IMG/VR virus record: IMGVR_UViG_3300036859_001061
Coordinates: 1 to 56,087 of that record
Direction: 5' to 3' (one strand)
Origin: a virus
Taxonomy: Duplodnaviria; Caudoviricetes
Length of the DNA: 56,087 nt
The position numbers and the translations under genes are program-made. Positions within the stretch are counted from its first letter, which is position 1. The number at the start of each line of letters is the position of its first letter. The notes beneath the pieces were generated by a model. That model saw nothing but the letters and a program-made list of their open reading frames with translations, did not search any database and had not been told where the DNA came from. Positions 1 through 9,027 of the stretch are shown here, piece by piece.

Positions 1-420
1 TTATGGCACCGAAGGTGACGATCCTGACGTCGTCCGGCCGATCGACGAGCGCGTCCGGGCGGGTGATCGTGTATCGCCCGTAGCCGTCGCGCACGAGGCC
101 ACGACCGCGATCGCTTCGGCCGGGTGGATCTCCACGAAGCCGTGGCCCTTGTCGAACCGGCTGATGCCGCTCACGCGGATCGTCTGCCCCTTCCGTGGCA
201 CGGCTAACGGCATCGCCGGGATGATCTCGATCACGACGGTCGCGGCGCCAGCAGCGAGCGTGAGGTGCCAATCGCCGTCCTGCTGCTTCCGCACGTAGAC
301 GACCGGCCCGCACGTCTCGATGTGCGTCCACGACGAGGCGGCGACGCGCTCGAGCGGCACGTGGTGATACGTGCGGGCGCCGTCGGCGAGCGCGAGCAGC
401 GTCAAGAGCAGCGCGATCAT
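1..420 (-). CDS. Exported hypothetical protein, possible OB-fold
   Basis: Signal-like N-terminus MIALLLTLLALA; DGDWHLTL and VEIHP motifs; ATGA overlap with upstream gene; stop at 1-3. Confidence 0.55.
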   Translation of the reverse strand: MIALLLTLLALADGARTYHHVPLERVAASSWTHIETCGPVVYVRKQQDGDWHLTLAAGAATVVIEIIPAMPLAVPRKGQTIRVSGISRFDKGHGFVEIHPAEAIAVVASCATATGDTRSPARTRSSIGRTTSGSSPSVP

Positions 421-800
421 GACGCCCTCGGCATCACCGACAGGTCGATATACACGCCGGTCCCAGCGAGATGGATCGACCAACCGAGTCGCCCGTGCGG
501 CTTCGGCTCCGGATTGCGTCGCGTGTAGTCGCAAGGGTCAGCCTGCTCATCGTTGAGCCAGAACGCCAGACGCCCGGTCAGGTCTTCTGCTTCAGCGCGA
601 ATCGCCTCAACGAGCGCCGTCGCGTCTGACACGTCGTGCGGTCGCCACGGCACGGCGATCAGATCGATGTCGCGCGCCAAGCTGCCGTGTACCGCGAGCG
701 CGTAGCCGTGTTTCCGCGCGACCGCTCGGAGCGGCGTGATCAGTCGCTCGTATTCGAAGCGCGCCGCGAGGAGCGGCAGCCGGCGCCCGCGCCTGATCAC
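417..800 (-). CDS. Phage protein with minimal nucleotidyltransferase-like motif
   Basis: GYALAVHGSLARDIDLIAVPW resembles the hGS..DxD Pol-beta-type signature. Confidence 0.55.
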   Translation of the reverse strand: MIRRGRRLPLLAARFEYERLITPLRAVARKHGYALAVHGSLARDIDLIAVPWRPHDVSDATALVEAIRAEAEDLTGRLAFWLNDEQADPCDYTRRNPEPKPHGRLGWSIHLAGTGVYIDLSVMPRAS

Positions 801-1030
801 CAGACGGCCTCGACCGCGACGAAGCCGCTCGGCTTCTTCTCTGACCAGTTGAACCCGCCGCCGGCTGCGACCTTCCAGTGATCGGCGAGCTTCGCGGCCA
901 GGTGCGCGCGCGTGCCGCGTTCGTCGGCAATCATCAGCAGCGCCCCGCGGCCCTCGACGCCGTCGAAGGCTCGAGCGATGGCCTCTCGAATTGACGGCGC
1001 CACATCGGGACGACCGAGTGTGTCGGGCAT
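797..1030 (-). CDS. Hypothetical protein
   Basis: 77-aa ORF coupled to neighbouring genes. Confidence 0.5.
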   Translation of the reverse strand: MPDTLGRPDVAPSIREAIARAFDGVEGRGALLMIADERGTRAHLAAKLADHWKVAAGGGFNWSEKKPSGFVAVEAVW

Positions 1031-1033
1031 CAG

Positions 1034-1663
1034 TTAGACTCCCGCCGGCGCCGCGCGCCGGATGTTCTCGAGCCAGCCCTCAGTGCCCCAGAGCGCGATG
1101 TACTTCGGGTCGCGCAGCGCTCTCGAATGCCGGATGTCCAAGACGGCGATGTTCGTGACGTGCGGGTCCGGCAACGCGCGCTCGGTCCGGAGCTCGTGGT
1201 CCCCGACCTGGCCGAGCCACCCCCAGAGATCGCGCCGCAGGTCGTAGAGATGCTGATGAAAGGTGATCCAGTGTTCCGCGGCCGCCAACGGCACGTCGTC
1301 GCGCGGCGGCGTGCCGACCGTCGTCAACGATCGCAGCGGGAACCCCGAGCCGGCGAGCAAGAGCGCGACGGTTCCACCGTGGCTGTGCCCGATCAGGTTG
1401 CGGTCTGCGTACGGCACGCCGCGGAGAAACCACCCGAGCGCGTCGGCGGACGCTTCCCAGTCCCGGTCCTCGCCGAACAGGCCGTCGAGCGCGGTCGACC
1501 AACGGAACGGCCGCCCGTCGACCGTGAGCAGCTCGAAGCCCTCGCGCTGCATCATCCGTCCGAAGTCGGAGTCGGCCCGCGTCCAGGAATCACGCCAGCC
1601 CCCGGTTCCAGCAATAGGCAGATACCGGACTACGCCCATGCTATACTCCGCGAGATACTTCAT
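1034..1663 (-). CDS. Alpha/beta hydrolase (esterase/lipase-like)
   Basis: Nucleophile elbow LIGHSHGG, then LTTVGTP, late His; start MKYLAEY by ATGA overlap. Confidence 0.75.
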   Translation of the reverse strand: MKYLAEYSMGVVRYLPIAGTGGWRDSWTRADSDFGRMMQREGFELLTVDGRPFRWSTALDGLFGEDRDWEASADALGWFLRGVPYADRNLIGHSHGGTVALLLAGSGFPLRSLTTVGTPPRDDVPLAAAEHWITFHQHLYDLRRDLWGWLGQVGDHELRTERALPDPHVTNIAVLDIRHSRALRDPKYIALWGTEGWLENIRRAAPAGV

Positions 1664-2301
1664 TTCGGCACGGGCGTCAGGGTGATCGGCTGCCCGAGGA
1701 CCCGGCCGCGGTAGACGGGGAACGTCACGCCGCCCGTCTTCAGCGCGTCGAGCTTCTGCAGCATGGCGTGGTGCTGGTCGACGAGCTCGAGCTGTCTGGT
1801 CTGCAGCCCCCCGAGGAAGTCCCACAACCGACGGATCATCTCGGAGTTCTCCGCGAGCGCCGCGCGCAGCTGCACGAGCAGCGGCTTCAAATCGTCGTCA
1901 GGCGGCGGCGTGGGCGGGTCGTCCTGCGGGTCGACCGCATCGATGGCGCGCGCCAGGTCGATCGCGCCCTTCGGCGACCAGCCCGGCACCCCCGCGCCTT
2001 CCGCGTCGCCGAGCACATCAATGTGCGTCCCGGTCGGCCGATGCACGAGGATGTCGCACGCGACGCGCGCACCCGTCCGCGGCTGCGGGCAGTTGTTGCC
2101 GTCCGGCTTAGCCAGCAGCGCGAAGCCTTCCGCGCGATGCTGCCACGCGACGGTGTTGACGACCGAGGCCTGCTCGAGCGGCGTCATCGGCGTCGGATAC
2201 TTCGCGCGCGCAGCCGCGACCTCGGCCTGGAGGTTCGGTTGCCCGAGCGCCGGCGCGGCGCCGAGGAACAGCACAAGGAGGAGGAACGCGAATCGTTTCA
2301 T
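1660..2301 (-). CDS. Exported lysis-module protein (signal peptide, Pro linker, coiled coil)
   Basis: MKRFAFLLLVLFLGAAPALG signal; directly downstream of endolysin. Confidence 0.6.
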   Translation of the reverse strand: MKRFAFLLLVLFLGAAPALGQPNLQAEVAAARAKYPTPMTPLEQASVVNTVAWQHRAEGFALLAKPDGNNCPQPRTGARVACDILVHRPTGTHIDVLGDAEGAGVPGWSPKGAIDLARAIDAVDPQDDPPTPPPDDDLKPLLVQLRAALAENSEMIRRLWDFLGGLQTRQLELVDQHHAMLQKLDALKTGGVTFPVYRGRVLGQPITLTPVPK

Positions 2302-2327
2302 GGAAGGCTCTCCGGGTTGCAACAGGT

Positions 2328-2858
2328 TCACGGCACAGCGAGCAGTGAGAACGTCAGCGCGCGGTTCTCCAGGCCTTCCTCGAACGTGTGGTCGACCTTC
2401 CCGCCCGGGTCGGTCGCTAGGTCGATCATCTGGAGGCGCGCGGCGATGAGCGCGTGGTGCACGAGCCACAGGTCCGACCGCTGCAGCGACGCGATCGTCG
2501 CCGCGTCCATCCGCGAGGTGCGTTGAACCCGCAGGACCCGCTGCAGCCAGCGGAGCGCCAGGCCGGGCCCCGAGTTGTACGCGTAGTCGACGAGCTGCAG
2601 CCGGAGCGGCTCGAACGTGATGACGTTCAGCCCATGGACCTTCGCGATCTGCCGCAGCTTCCACCGGACGACGTCGCGCGCCGCCTGATGCGTGAGCGTG
2701 CGCAGGTCCTGCAGCGACGCCTGCGGCCCGCAGCATTCCTGCAGGACCGTCAGCGTGATGCCGCCCCGGCCGGTCGGCTGGTCGTTCCGCGGCGGCTCCG
2801 AGTACACGTCACCTTCCCTCAAGAACACGTCGTCGATGAGCCGCTCCTCGGTGATCAC
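2328..2858 (-). CDS. Endolysin, glycoside hydrolase family 108-like
   Basis: LREGDVYSEPPRNDQPTGRGGIT resembles GH108 EGG..DPGG.T..GIT; DYAYNSGPG and WLQRVL motifs. Confidence 0.8.
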   Translation of the reverse strand: MITEERLIDDVFLREGDVYSEPPRNDQPTGRGGITLTVLQECCGPQASLQDLRTLTHQAARDVVRWKLRQIAKVHGLNVITFEPLRLQLVDYAYNSGPGLALRWLQRVLRVQRTSRMDAATIASLQRSDLWLVHHALIAARLQMIDLATDPGGKVDHTFEEGLENRALTFSLLAVP

Positions 2859-3202
2859 GGGACGATCGCTTTCAGCATCCACGGCAGGACCTTGACTAGA
2901 AATCCGATGGTGCCGGCGGCCCCCGTGAGCACGTAGCCGGCAACCTTGAGGTCCCGCCGCGTGATCGGCGCCGCGTCGCGGTCCTCAGGCGTGACGTCCC
3001 CGGCGTCGGTCCGTCGGCGTTTAAACACCTCTCGCTCGAGATTCACCAGTCGCACGCCGTGCTCGCCCGCCTGCACTTCGCCGCGGCCGACGCGCCCGTT
3101 CAAGACGTCGAGGCGCTCGTGCACGCCGCCGAAGCCGCGCATGGCCTCGGCGCTCAGTGTGTCGCGCACATCCCACAGATCCTCTTTCGTCACCACGCTC
3201 AT
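2855..3202 (-). CDS. Putative holin-like membrane protein
   Basis: Coiled-coil N-terminus plus one C-terminal hydrophobic helix; directly upstream of endolysin. Confidence 0.55.
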   Translation of the reverse strand: MSVVTKEDLWDVRDTLSAEAMRGFGGVHERLDVLNGRVGRGEVQAGEHGVRLVNLEREVFKRRRTDAGDVTPEDRDAAPITRRDLKVAGYVLTGAAGTIGFLVKVLPWMLKAIVP

Positions 3203-3474
3203 CGGGTCGGCCCTCCGGGATTCGGATCGATCGGATATAGCGTGCAGGTCGCGTCGTCCGGTCGGTAGGGCACATCCTCCGCGTGGAAGCCGCGGTAGCG
3301 GCGCGCGAGATCCGCCTGGTGCGCCGCCAGCACATCGCGCGCGCGCTGGACCCCGCGTTGGGCGCGGTCCACGATGGCGGCCGCCTCGAGCTCCGCGACG
3401 CGCACGTCGGCGAAGAGCCGCAGGGTGCGCTCGTAGTCGACAGGCGTCAGCCGGACCGGCTTCGGCGGTGTCAT
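3199..3474 (-). CDS. Hypothetical coiled-coil protein
   Basis: 91-aa ORF with ATGA overlaps at both ends. Confidence 0.6.
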   Translation of the reverse strand: MTPPKPVRLTPVDYERTLRLFADVRVAELEAAAIVDRAQRGVQRARDVLAAHQADLARRYRGFHAEDVPYRPDDATCTLYPIDPNPGGPTR

Positions 3475-4262
3475 GCGGCGGTGATCCGTTTCTGTAGGCG
3501 CGCGACCTGGCGCTGGGTCTTCGCGAGCGCCGACGCCTGTTGCCGGATCGCCCCACAGAGCGCCATCTGCAGCCGGCTCCGATTCACGAAATGGTGGCCG
3601 TCCCGGTTAAAGCTCACGAGGCGCGCCTTCTGGAGCGCGGCGCGGTTGTAGGTCATCCAGCGCTGGAACTCGGCCCGCAGTGGATCCTTGGACAGCAGCC
3701 CTTCGACCGAGGCGATGAGTTTGACGTCGTCGTAGTCATCGTACGCGGTCCAGCCCGTACCGTCCTCGTGCGAGTCGCCGTCGGAATCGAAAATAAACTT
3801 GGTCGTGCCGCCGTTGCTGATGGCAAACATATTCATGTTGGCGGTCATCGCGGCCACGCTGGTCCCGCTCTTTGTTTCACAATTGACCATCACGGCTGCG
3901 ATTGCCGTCGTGCTCCGCGACGAATCCTCCGTGGTGACCGACCCGTGAAAATACAGGGCCTGCGCGGCCTCGGTGAGCGCGCGCAGGCGGAGGCCGCCGT
4001 CGTTTGCGGCGAACTTCGCCAGGTTGGCATAGACGCTGGTCCCGATGATCGTGGTCATGCCGTGGGCGACGTCGGACGACTCGAGCGTCAGGATGGCCGC
4101 GTCGCCGGCGCCCTGATTGAGTGTGAGCCCGGTCGTCGCGGAGAACAGGGCGTCGATCCGGTCGAAGATGTCCGCGAAGAAGGCGGCGTTGAAGATCGTC
4201 CCGCTGAGACCGTCGCCGGTGTCGTCGGTGATCGTGGGGCGCACGAGCGCGGATGCAGCCAT
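3471..4262 (-). CDS. Tail fibre/spike protein, possible C-terminal chaperone coiled coil
   Basis: T/S/G/A-rich beta region then helical C-terminus; last gene of tail module. Confidence 0.6.
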   Translation of the reverse strand: MAASALVRPTITDDTGDGLSGTIFNAAFFADIFDRIDALFSATTGLTLNQGAGDAAILTLESSDVAHGMTTIIGTSVYANLAKFAANDGGLRLRALTEAAQALYFHGSVTTEDSSRSTTAIAAVMVNCETKSGTSVAAMTANMNMFAISNGGTTKFIFDSDGDSHEDGTGWTAYDDYDDVKLIASVEGLLSKDPLRAEFQRWMTYNRAALQKARLVSFNRDGHHFVNRSRLQMALCGAIRQQASALAKTQRQVARLQKRITAA

Positions 4263-4271
4263 CTCAGGTCC

Positions 4272-6185
4272 TCAGCGGATCAGCGCGCGTTCTTTGATTT
4301 CGCGCAGGGTGACAAAGAGGTCCTCGAGTGACCGGGACGCAAACTGGACGTCGGCCATCGGCTGCGGGCGGTTCGGCTCCGGGCGAATCGTCACGCTCTG
4401 TACCGTGACGGTGATCGAGAGGCCCCATTCGGCGACGGTGATCGTCAACGGACGGCGGGCGCGGAGCTTCGGGTCGCTCGACGTGCAGCTGCCGCTCGTG
4501 CGCGGGTCCTTCAGGAGCGCCAGCACCGCGGCGCCGCGTGCGCCGGCGCCCGCCAGGTTGAGCCGGCGATCCTGCACCGGGTGTTCCCGCGTCCCGTAGG
4601 TCGATTTGCTCGTCGCGTCCTCGGTGATGACCAGGATGTTGATCGCCTCGCCGACCTTGAGCGCCTGCGCGATCGCGCCGGCCCCACTCGCGGGCACGCC
4701 CGTCAGGTGCGGGATAGCCTTCACGGTCCCCGACCGCACGGTCGCCGTGAGGCTCCCGACCCCGGAGGCGGGGATCCCGGTCAACGTGCCGGACCCGCTC
4801 GAGGCCGATCGGCCCGTGTACGAGAACACCTGGCCGCCCGGCGCTTCCGCCCAGCCGGACGCCGGAAACTGCGACAGGTCCTCAACCTCGATCGCCGTCG
4901 CACCGGCCGCGACCGACGACGCGCCGTACCCCGCGGTATTGCTCGAGGGCGGCGCCGCGCCGACCGCCAGGGCGTTGATGTGCGCCGTGGCGGTCGCGAT
5001 CGCGATGTCGGTGTACTTCTTCAGCGTGCCGACCCCGCCGCCGGCGTCGGACATGTAGAGGCTCTTCAGGGTCACTTTCGGATCGGTTGGCACTGCGATG
5101 TTGAGGAAGAATTCATCTTCGGCGCCGCTGATGCTCACCGACAGGGTGTTCACGATGTTCGACTCACCGGCCGACGTCTGGTAGGTGAGCCCGACCAGGT
5201 ACGTCGCGTTGGGCGTCAGGGCCCCGCCCGTGCCCGTCGCCGAGAGGGTCGGGACCGGCGCGCTCAGGTAGCCCGTGGCGCTGCCCGCTTCGCTGCCCGC
5301 CGCGACGCCCGTGTAGGTGAGGATCTGCGCCTCGAGCTTCGCGGAGTTCGTGCCGCTCGTCGCGAACGCGGAGATGTCGTCGACGGGGATCGTCGTGCCG
5401 CCGACGGCGATCGGCGCGCGCACACTGGCCCCCAAGCCTTCGACCACGATCCGGTTCCGGACCCCTTCCGTGTCGCTGTCGTAGGTGAGCGACTGGGTGT
5501 GCGGATTGCTCGTCGTGATGGCTTCCGGTCCGACGCCGGTGGTCTCCGTGGTGTAGAGGTGCAGCTGCTTGTCGAAGTCCCAGTAGTCGTACCCGCCGAT
5601 CCGCTCGGCGAGCTGCTCGAAGGCCGCGGCGAGCGGGACCAGCGTGAACTGGATCTCATCGATCGTAGCCAGGCCGGTTTGGACGTAGGTCGTCGTCGTG
5701 AATCCGGTCGGCGCGTACGTCGACAGCAGGTCGAGCGCGATCGCCGTCGCGGTCTGGGTCGCGTAGCGTTTCGTGACCAGGATGCCCTGCAGCTGGTAGA
5801 GCCAGTCGAGGCACGTGCAGCGGTAGATGGTGCGTCCCTGATCCAGGCGCGTGAACTGCCGATTGACGCGCACGATTGTCCCGCGGAAGAGGCGGTTCGT
5901 GAGCGCGCCGGCGCCGAAGATCACTTCCTGCGCGGCCGCCGGCGTGAACCCGAAGAGGTCGATCGACAGCTGGCCAGGCTGGCCGCCGCGGGCGCGCTCG
6001 GTGACGCGCCACGTCTCCCGGTCGAAGTTGAAGTGACGGTTTGTGCCGTTGACGCTCAGGCAGAGATTGGGGCCGAAGTAGTTGGAGCGGGTAGCGCCGG
6101 CGCGCGGCGCGCGGTACAGGCCCGTGCCGCCCGCGCTGCGTGCGCGCGCATACATGAGCGCCGGCTGGCCGCCTGTGATCCCCAT
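4272..6185 (-). CDS. Tail tip/baseplate hub protein
   Basis: Follows tape measure gene (TGATG overlap); LFRGTI..CLDWL hub-like N-terminus; repeated internal beta modules (LTG[IV]PASG). Confidence 0.7.
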   Translation of the reverse strand: MGITGGQPALMYARARSAGGTGLYRAPRAGATRSNYFGPNLCLSVNGTNRHFNFDRETWRVTERARGGQPGQLSIDLFGFTPAAAQEVIFGAGALTNRLFRGTIVRVNRQFTRLDQGRTIYRCTCLDWLYQLQGILVTKRYATQTATAIALDLLSTYAPTGFTTTTYVQTGLATIDEIQFTLVPLAAAFEQLAERIGGYDYWDFDKQLHLYTTETTGVGPEAITTSNPHTQSLTYDSDTEGVRNRIVVEGLGASVRAPIAVGGTTIPVDDISAFATSGTNSAKLEAQILTYTGVAAGSEAGSATGYLSAPVPTLSATGTGGALTPNATYLVGLTYQTSAGESNIVNTLSVSISGAEDEFFLNIAVPTDPKVTLKSLYMSDAGGGVGTLKKYTDIAIATATAHINALAVGAAPPSSNTAGYGASSVAAGATAIEVEDLSQFPASGWAEAPGGQVFSYTGRSASSGSGTLTGIPASGVGSLTATVRSGTVKAIPHLTGVPASGAGAIAQALKVGEAINILVITEDATSKSTYGTREHPVQDRRLNLAGAGARGAAVLALLKDPRTSGSCTSSDPKLRARRPLTITVAEWGLSITVTVQSVTIRPEPNRPQPMADVQFASRSLEDLFVTLREIKERALIR

Positions 6186-8143
6186 CAGCCTCCGTACCGC
6201 ACGAAGAGGGGCGCGAGCTTCTGCTGCACTCGGTCGGCGAGCAGCTCGATGGCGGCCTCGTTCGAGAAGTTGGCGCCGCGGGCGTCGATCGTGACCGAGA
6301 CCGATCCATGCATCCCTCGCCCGTTCGGGATGACATCGCTGCCGCCCGGCAACCGGACCATCTCGGGGCCCCGCTCCCCAACGATCGCCATGCCGCCGCC
6401 GAAGTTCCGCACGCCCTCGGCGAATCGCGGCACGCCCCACGGTACCGGCGCGTGGCTGTCCTGGCGGTCCGCGCGCTCGCGCAGCTCGCGCGCCTTCTGC
6501 TGCTGGAAGCTGTAGTACCCGAAATAGCCGGTCCCCTGGCCCTTGCCGAGCATGTCGTTGAGGTCGTTCTCGATCTGCGCGGCGGCGCCGCGGAGCTCGG
6601 CCGACGTGCGTTGCACGAGGACGCCGATCATCGTAAAGGTCTCGGTCGCCTTTGTGCCGATGGCCTGGATGTCGTCCGTGACAACATCGCGCGTCGTGCC
6701 GCTCGACGCGATGATGGCGTTCCAGGCGGTCTGGAACGCGAACTCAGCCTCCTGCGCGAGGGTCTGGGTCTGCTCCAGCCAGAACGTCCCGCCCTCGGCC
6801 GACGCGCGGCGACCCATCTGCTCGATCTCTTGCAGCTTGGCCTGATGCGCCTGGGCGAGCGCCTCGAGCTGCGCATCCAGGCTGGCGGCCCCGCCGAGGG
6901 CGTCCACACGGCGGGCCGCGGTCGACGCGTTCATTAGTGTCAGGATTTCCATCTGCGCGGCCTGCACCGCCTCGCGCTGGCGGGCCATCTCGGCCTGCAC
7001 GGTCTTAGTGAGCTCTTTGATTTGCTCGATGCCGAACATGTGCATGTCGAAGTAGAAGTCGTGCCAGGCCTTGTCGAGCGCCTCCACATCGCGCTCGAGC
7101 TCCGCCGCCAGGCGCGCCTGTTCATCCAGGATCGCGCGCCGGGCATTGATGACGTTCATCGTCGTGTCGGGGTCGACCCGGATCTCGGGCACGCCCTTCG
7201 GCATGAGGCCCCCCGGGGCCCCCGGGCGCTTCGGCGCCTGGCCGGGCAGGTTCAGGGCCTTGGCCGTGATGTCGTCGATGACGCCCTCGAGGGCCGAGAG
7301 GTCAATCGTGCCGAACGACCCGATCGAGATCGCGATGGCCGCCAGATCCTTCAGCGCCTTCGAGTAGTCCTTGTCGGCCAGGTGGTCGAGCAGCGGGATC
7401 GCGGGCTCGAGGCCATCCGCGACCATCGTCTTGAAGCGGACGGTCAGGCCGTCGATCTTGTTGTCGAGGTCCGCGGACTTCTTCACCAGCAGCGGGTCGA
7501 TCACGCCGCCCATCTCCTCGAACTTGCGCATCGCCGCGTCGACGTTCGAGATGAGCAGCGGGAAGATCTCGCGCGCCTGGCGGCCGAAGAGATCCGACGA
7601 GACACGCATCGGATCGGCGGTCTCCCGGACCGCGTGCGAGAGCCGGATGAACGTCTCGATCGGCGCGTCGTCCTTGACGTCCTTCAGCCCGAGCTTGAGC
7701 TTGCCGAGGGCCGCGATCGCGCTCTCGTCCCCGTTGGCGAGCCGCTGGTTCAGCGCCCAGACCGCCGCCGTCACCGCGTCGATGCTGGTGCCGTTGGTCT
7801 TCGCGGCCAGGCTGAGGGTCTGCACCTCGGTCGTCGTCGCGCCGAGGCGCTTGGACATGTTCTCGATCTCGCTGCCCCAGGCGGCCGTGTTCCGGATCGC
7901 CGAGACGACCGCGGTCACCGAGACGAACTGCAGCACGCGCTTCGTGAGGAGGTCGACGTTACTGGCCTGCGCGTCGACGGCCGCCGCGTGCTTCCGGCTC
8001 GTGGCCTCCATCCGCGCGACCTCTTTGTCCATGGCGTCGGCGGACTTCTCGACGTCCTTGAACTTCTGGTCGAGCCGGTCCATCGCGGCGCGCGCCGTTT
8101 CGGCACCGCCGAGCTCGATGTCGATTTTCAGGACTTTGGCCAT
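6185..8143 (-). CDS. Tail tape measure protein
   Basis: 652-aa Ala-rich helical protein; C-terminal FAEG..GGMAIVGERGPE motif typical of tape measure proteins. Confidence 0.88.
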   Translation of the reverse strand: MAKVLKIDIELGGAETARAAMDRLDQKFKDVEKSADAMDKEVARMEATSRKHAAAVDAQASNVDLLTKRVLQFVSVTAVVSAIRNTAAWGSEIENMSKRLGATTTEVQTLSLAAKTNGTSIDAVTAAVWALNQRLANGDESAIAALGKLKLGLKDVKDDAPIETFIRLSHAVRETADPMRVSSDLFGRQAREIFPLLISNVDAAMRKFEEMGGVIDPLLVKKSADLDNKIDGLTVRFKTMVADGLEPAIPLLDHLADKDYSKALKDLAAIAISIGSFGTIDLSALEGVIDDITAKALNLPGQAPKRPGAPGGLMPKGVPEIRVDPDTTMNVINARRAILDEQARLAAELERDVEALDKAWHDFYFDMHMFGIEQIKELTKTVQAEMARQREAVQAAQMEILTLMNASTAARRVDALGGAASLDAQLEALAQAHQAKLQEIEQMGRRASAEGGTFWLEQTQTLAQEAEFAFQTAWNAIIASSGTTRDVVTDDIQAIGTKATETFTMIGVLVQRTSAELRGAAAQIENDLNDMLGKGQGTGYFGYYSFQQQKARELRERADRQDSHAPVPWGVPRFAEGVRNFGGGMAIVGERGPEMVRLPGGSDVIPNGRGMHGSVSVTIDARGANFSNEAAIELLADRVQQKLAPLFVRYGG

Positions 8144-8164
8144 AGGGTCTGGTCCGGCGGTCGC

Positions 8165-8506
8165 TCACGTCGACTTCGGCGGGTCGAGCACGCTGCGAAT
8201 CAGCTCGAGCCGCGCGACAAGGTCGAGAATCTCGGGTGCTGCCCATCCCTGGGTCAGCTCCTGGAGCAGCCATCCGGCGAGGCCCAGGTCGGCCGTCGTG
8301 CGTCCGCACAGGCGGGTATGGATGTCGAGCGCGCGGCGGTTGACCGCCCAGAGGGCATCGTCCCAGTGGGCGTGCGCGCAGCGCGCGCAGTCGAAGTGCC
8401 GGGGCTCGGCGCGAATCTCCTCGATCGAGACCGCCGCGAAGCCGCAGCACGGCGTCGTCTCCCCGTCGTCGGCGTACCATTCCAGGTACGCGCGGAGGTT
8501 AGCGAA
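8165..8506 (-). CDS. Tail assembly chaperone T-domain, probably made by frameshift
   Basis: Open frame overlapping the end of the G-like gene, no convincing own start, just upstream of tape measure gene. Confidence 0.55.
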   Translation of the reverse strand, partial: FANLRAYLEWYADDGETTPCCGFAAVSIEEIRAEPRHFDCARCAHAHWDDALWAVNRRALDIHTRLCGRTTADLGLAGWLLQELTQGWAAPEILDLVARLELIRSVLDPPKST

Positions 8507-8948
8507 AGCTTTCGGCGGCCACCTCCACCGCCTCAACGCCGAAGAGTTTCCGCGAGACCTGGATCTTCACGCGCTCGTCGAGCAGCACCTTCGTCCGGTC
8601 GGTGCACACGAGCGGCCGATCGTCCGCGGCGACGATGCCGCGCCAGGAGACAATCCCTTTCTGCATCAGCTCGTCGCTGACGGCCTGCTGGTCGACGACC
8701 TCGAAAAGCTGCCGGCCGCCGGCCGGGTTCTTCTCGAGGCGCGTGTGTTTCTTGATCACGGCGTTGTGGTCGGCGTCCGGGATCGGCTGCAGCAGGATGA
8801 TGACCGCTTCCGTGCCGTCGTCCTCGCGCATCTCCTCGCCGGTGTAGGGGTCGCGCACCACGAGCTTGACGAGCTCGGTGTTCGTTTCCCCGGTGGAGCG
8901 GACGCTATTCATCCGCAGCGCCCGCACGGTCTTCTTAGTCTCGGTCAT
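8499..8948 (-). CDS. Tail assembly chaperone (gpG-like)
   Basis: Between tail tube and tape measure genes; IVSWRGI motif. Confidence 0.7.
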   Translation of the reverse strand: MTETKKTVRALRMNSVRSTGETNTELVKLVVRDPYTGEEMREDDGTEAVIILLQPIPDADHNAVIKKHTRLEKNPAGGRQLFEVVDQQAVSDELMQKGIVSWRGIVAADDRPLVCTDRTKVLLDERVKIQVSRKLFGVEAVEVAAESFR

Positions 8949-9027
8949 CAGGTCCGGCCCTCCAGCCGGGAGGGAGTGTCTTTTTCCGTGCATAAAATGC
9001 GCAGAAACCGATACCCCCCGAGTCTGC

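Noticed and set aside
3471-6185. Diversity-generating retroelement acting on tail genes
   Set aside because: No reverse transcriptase and no template/variable repeat pair seen
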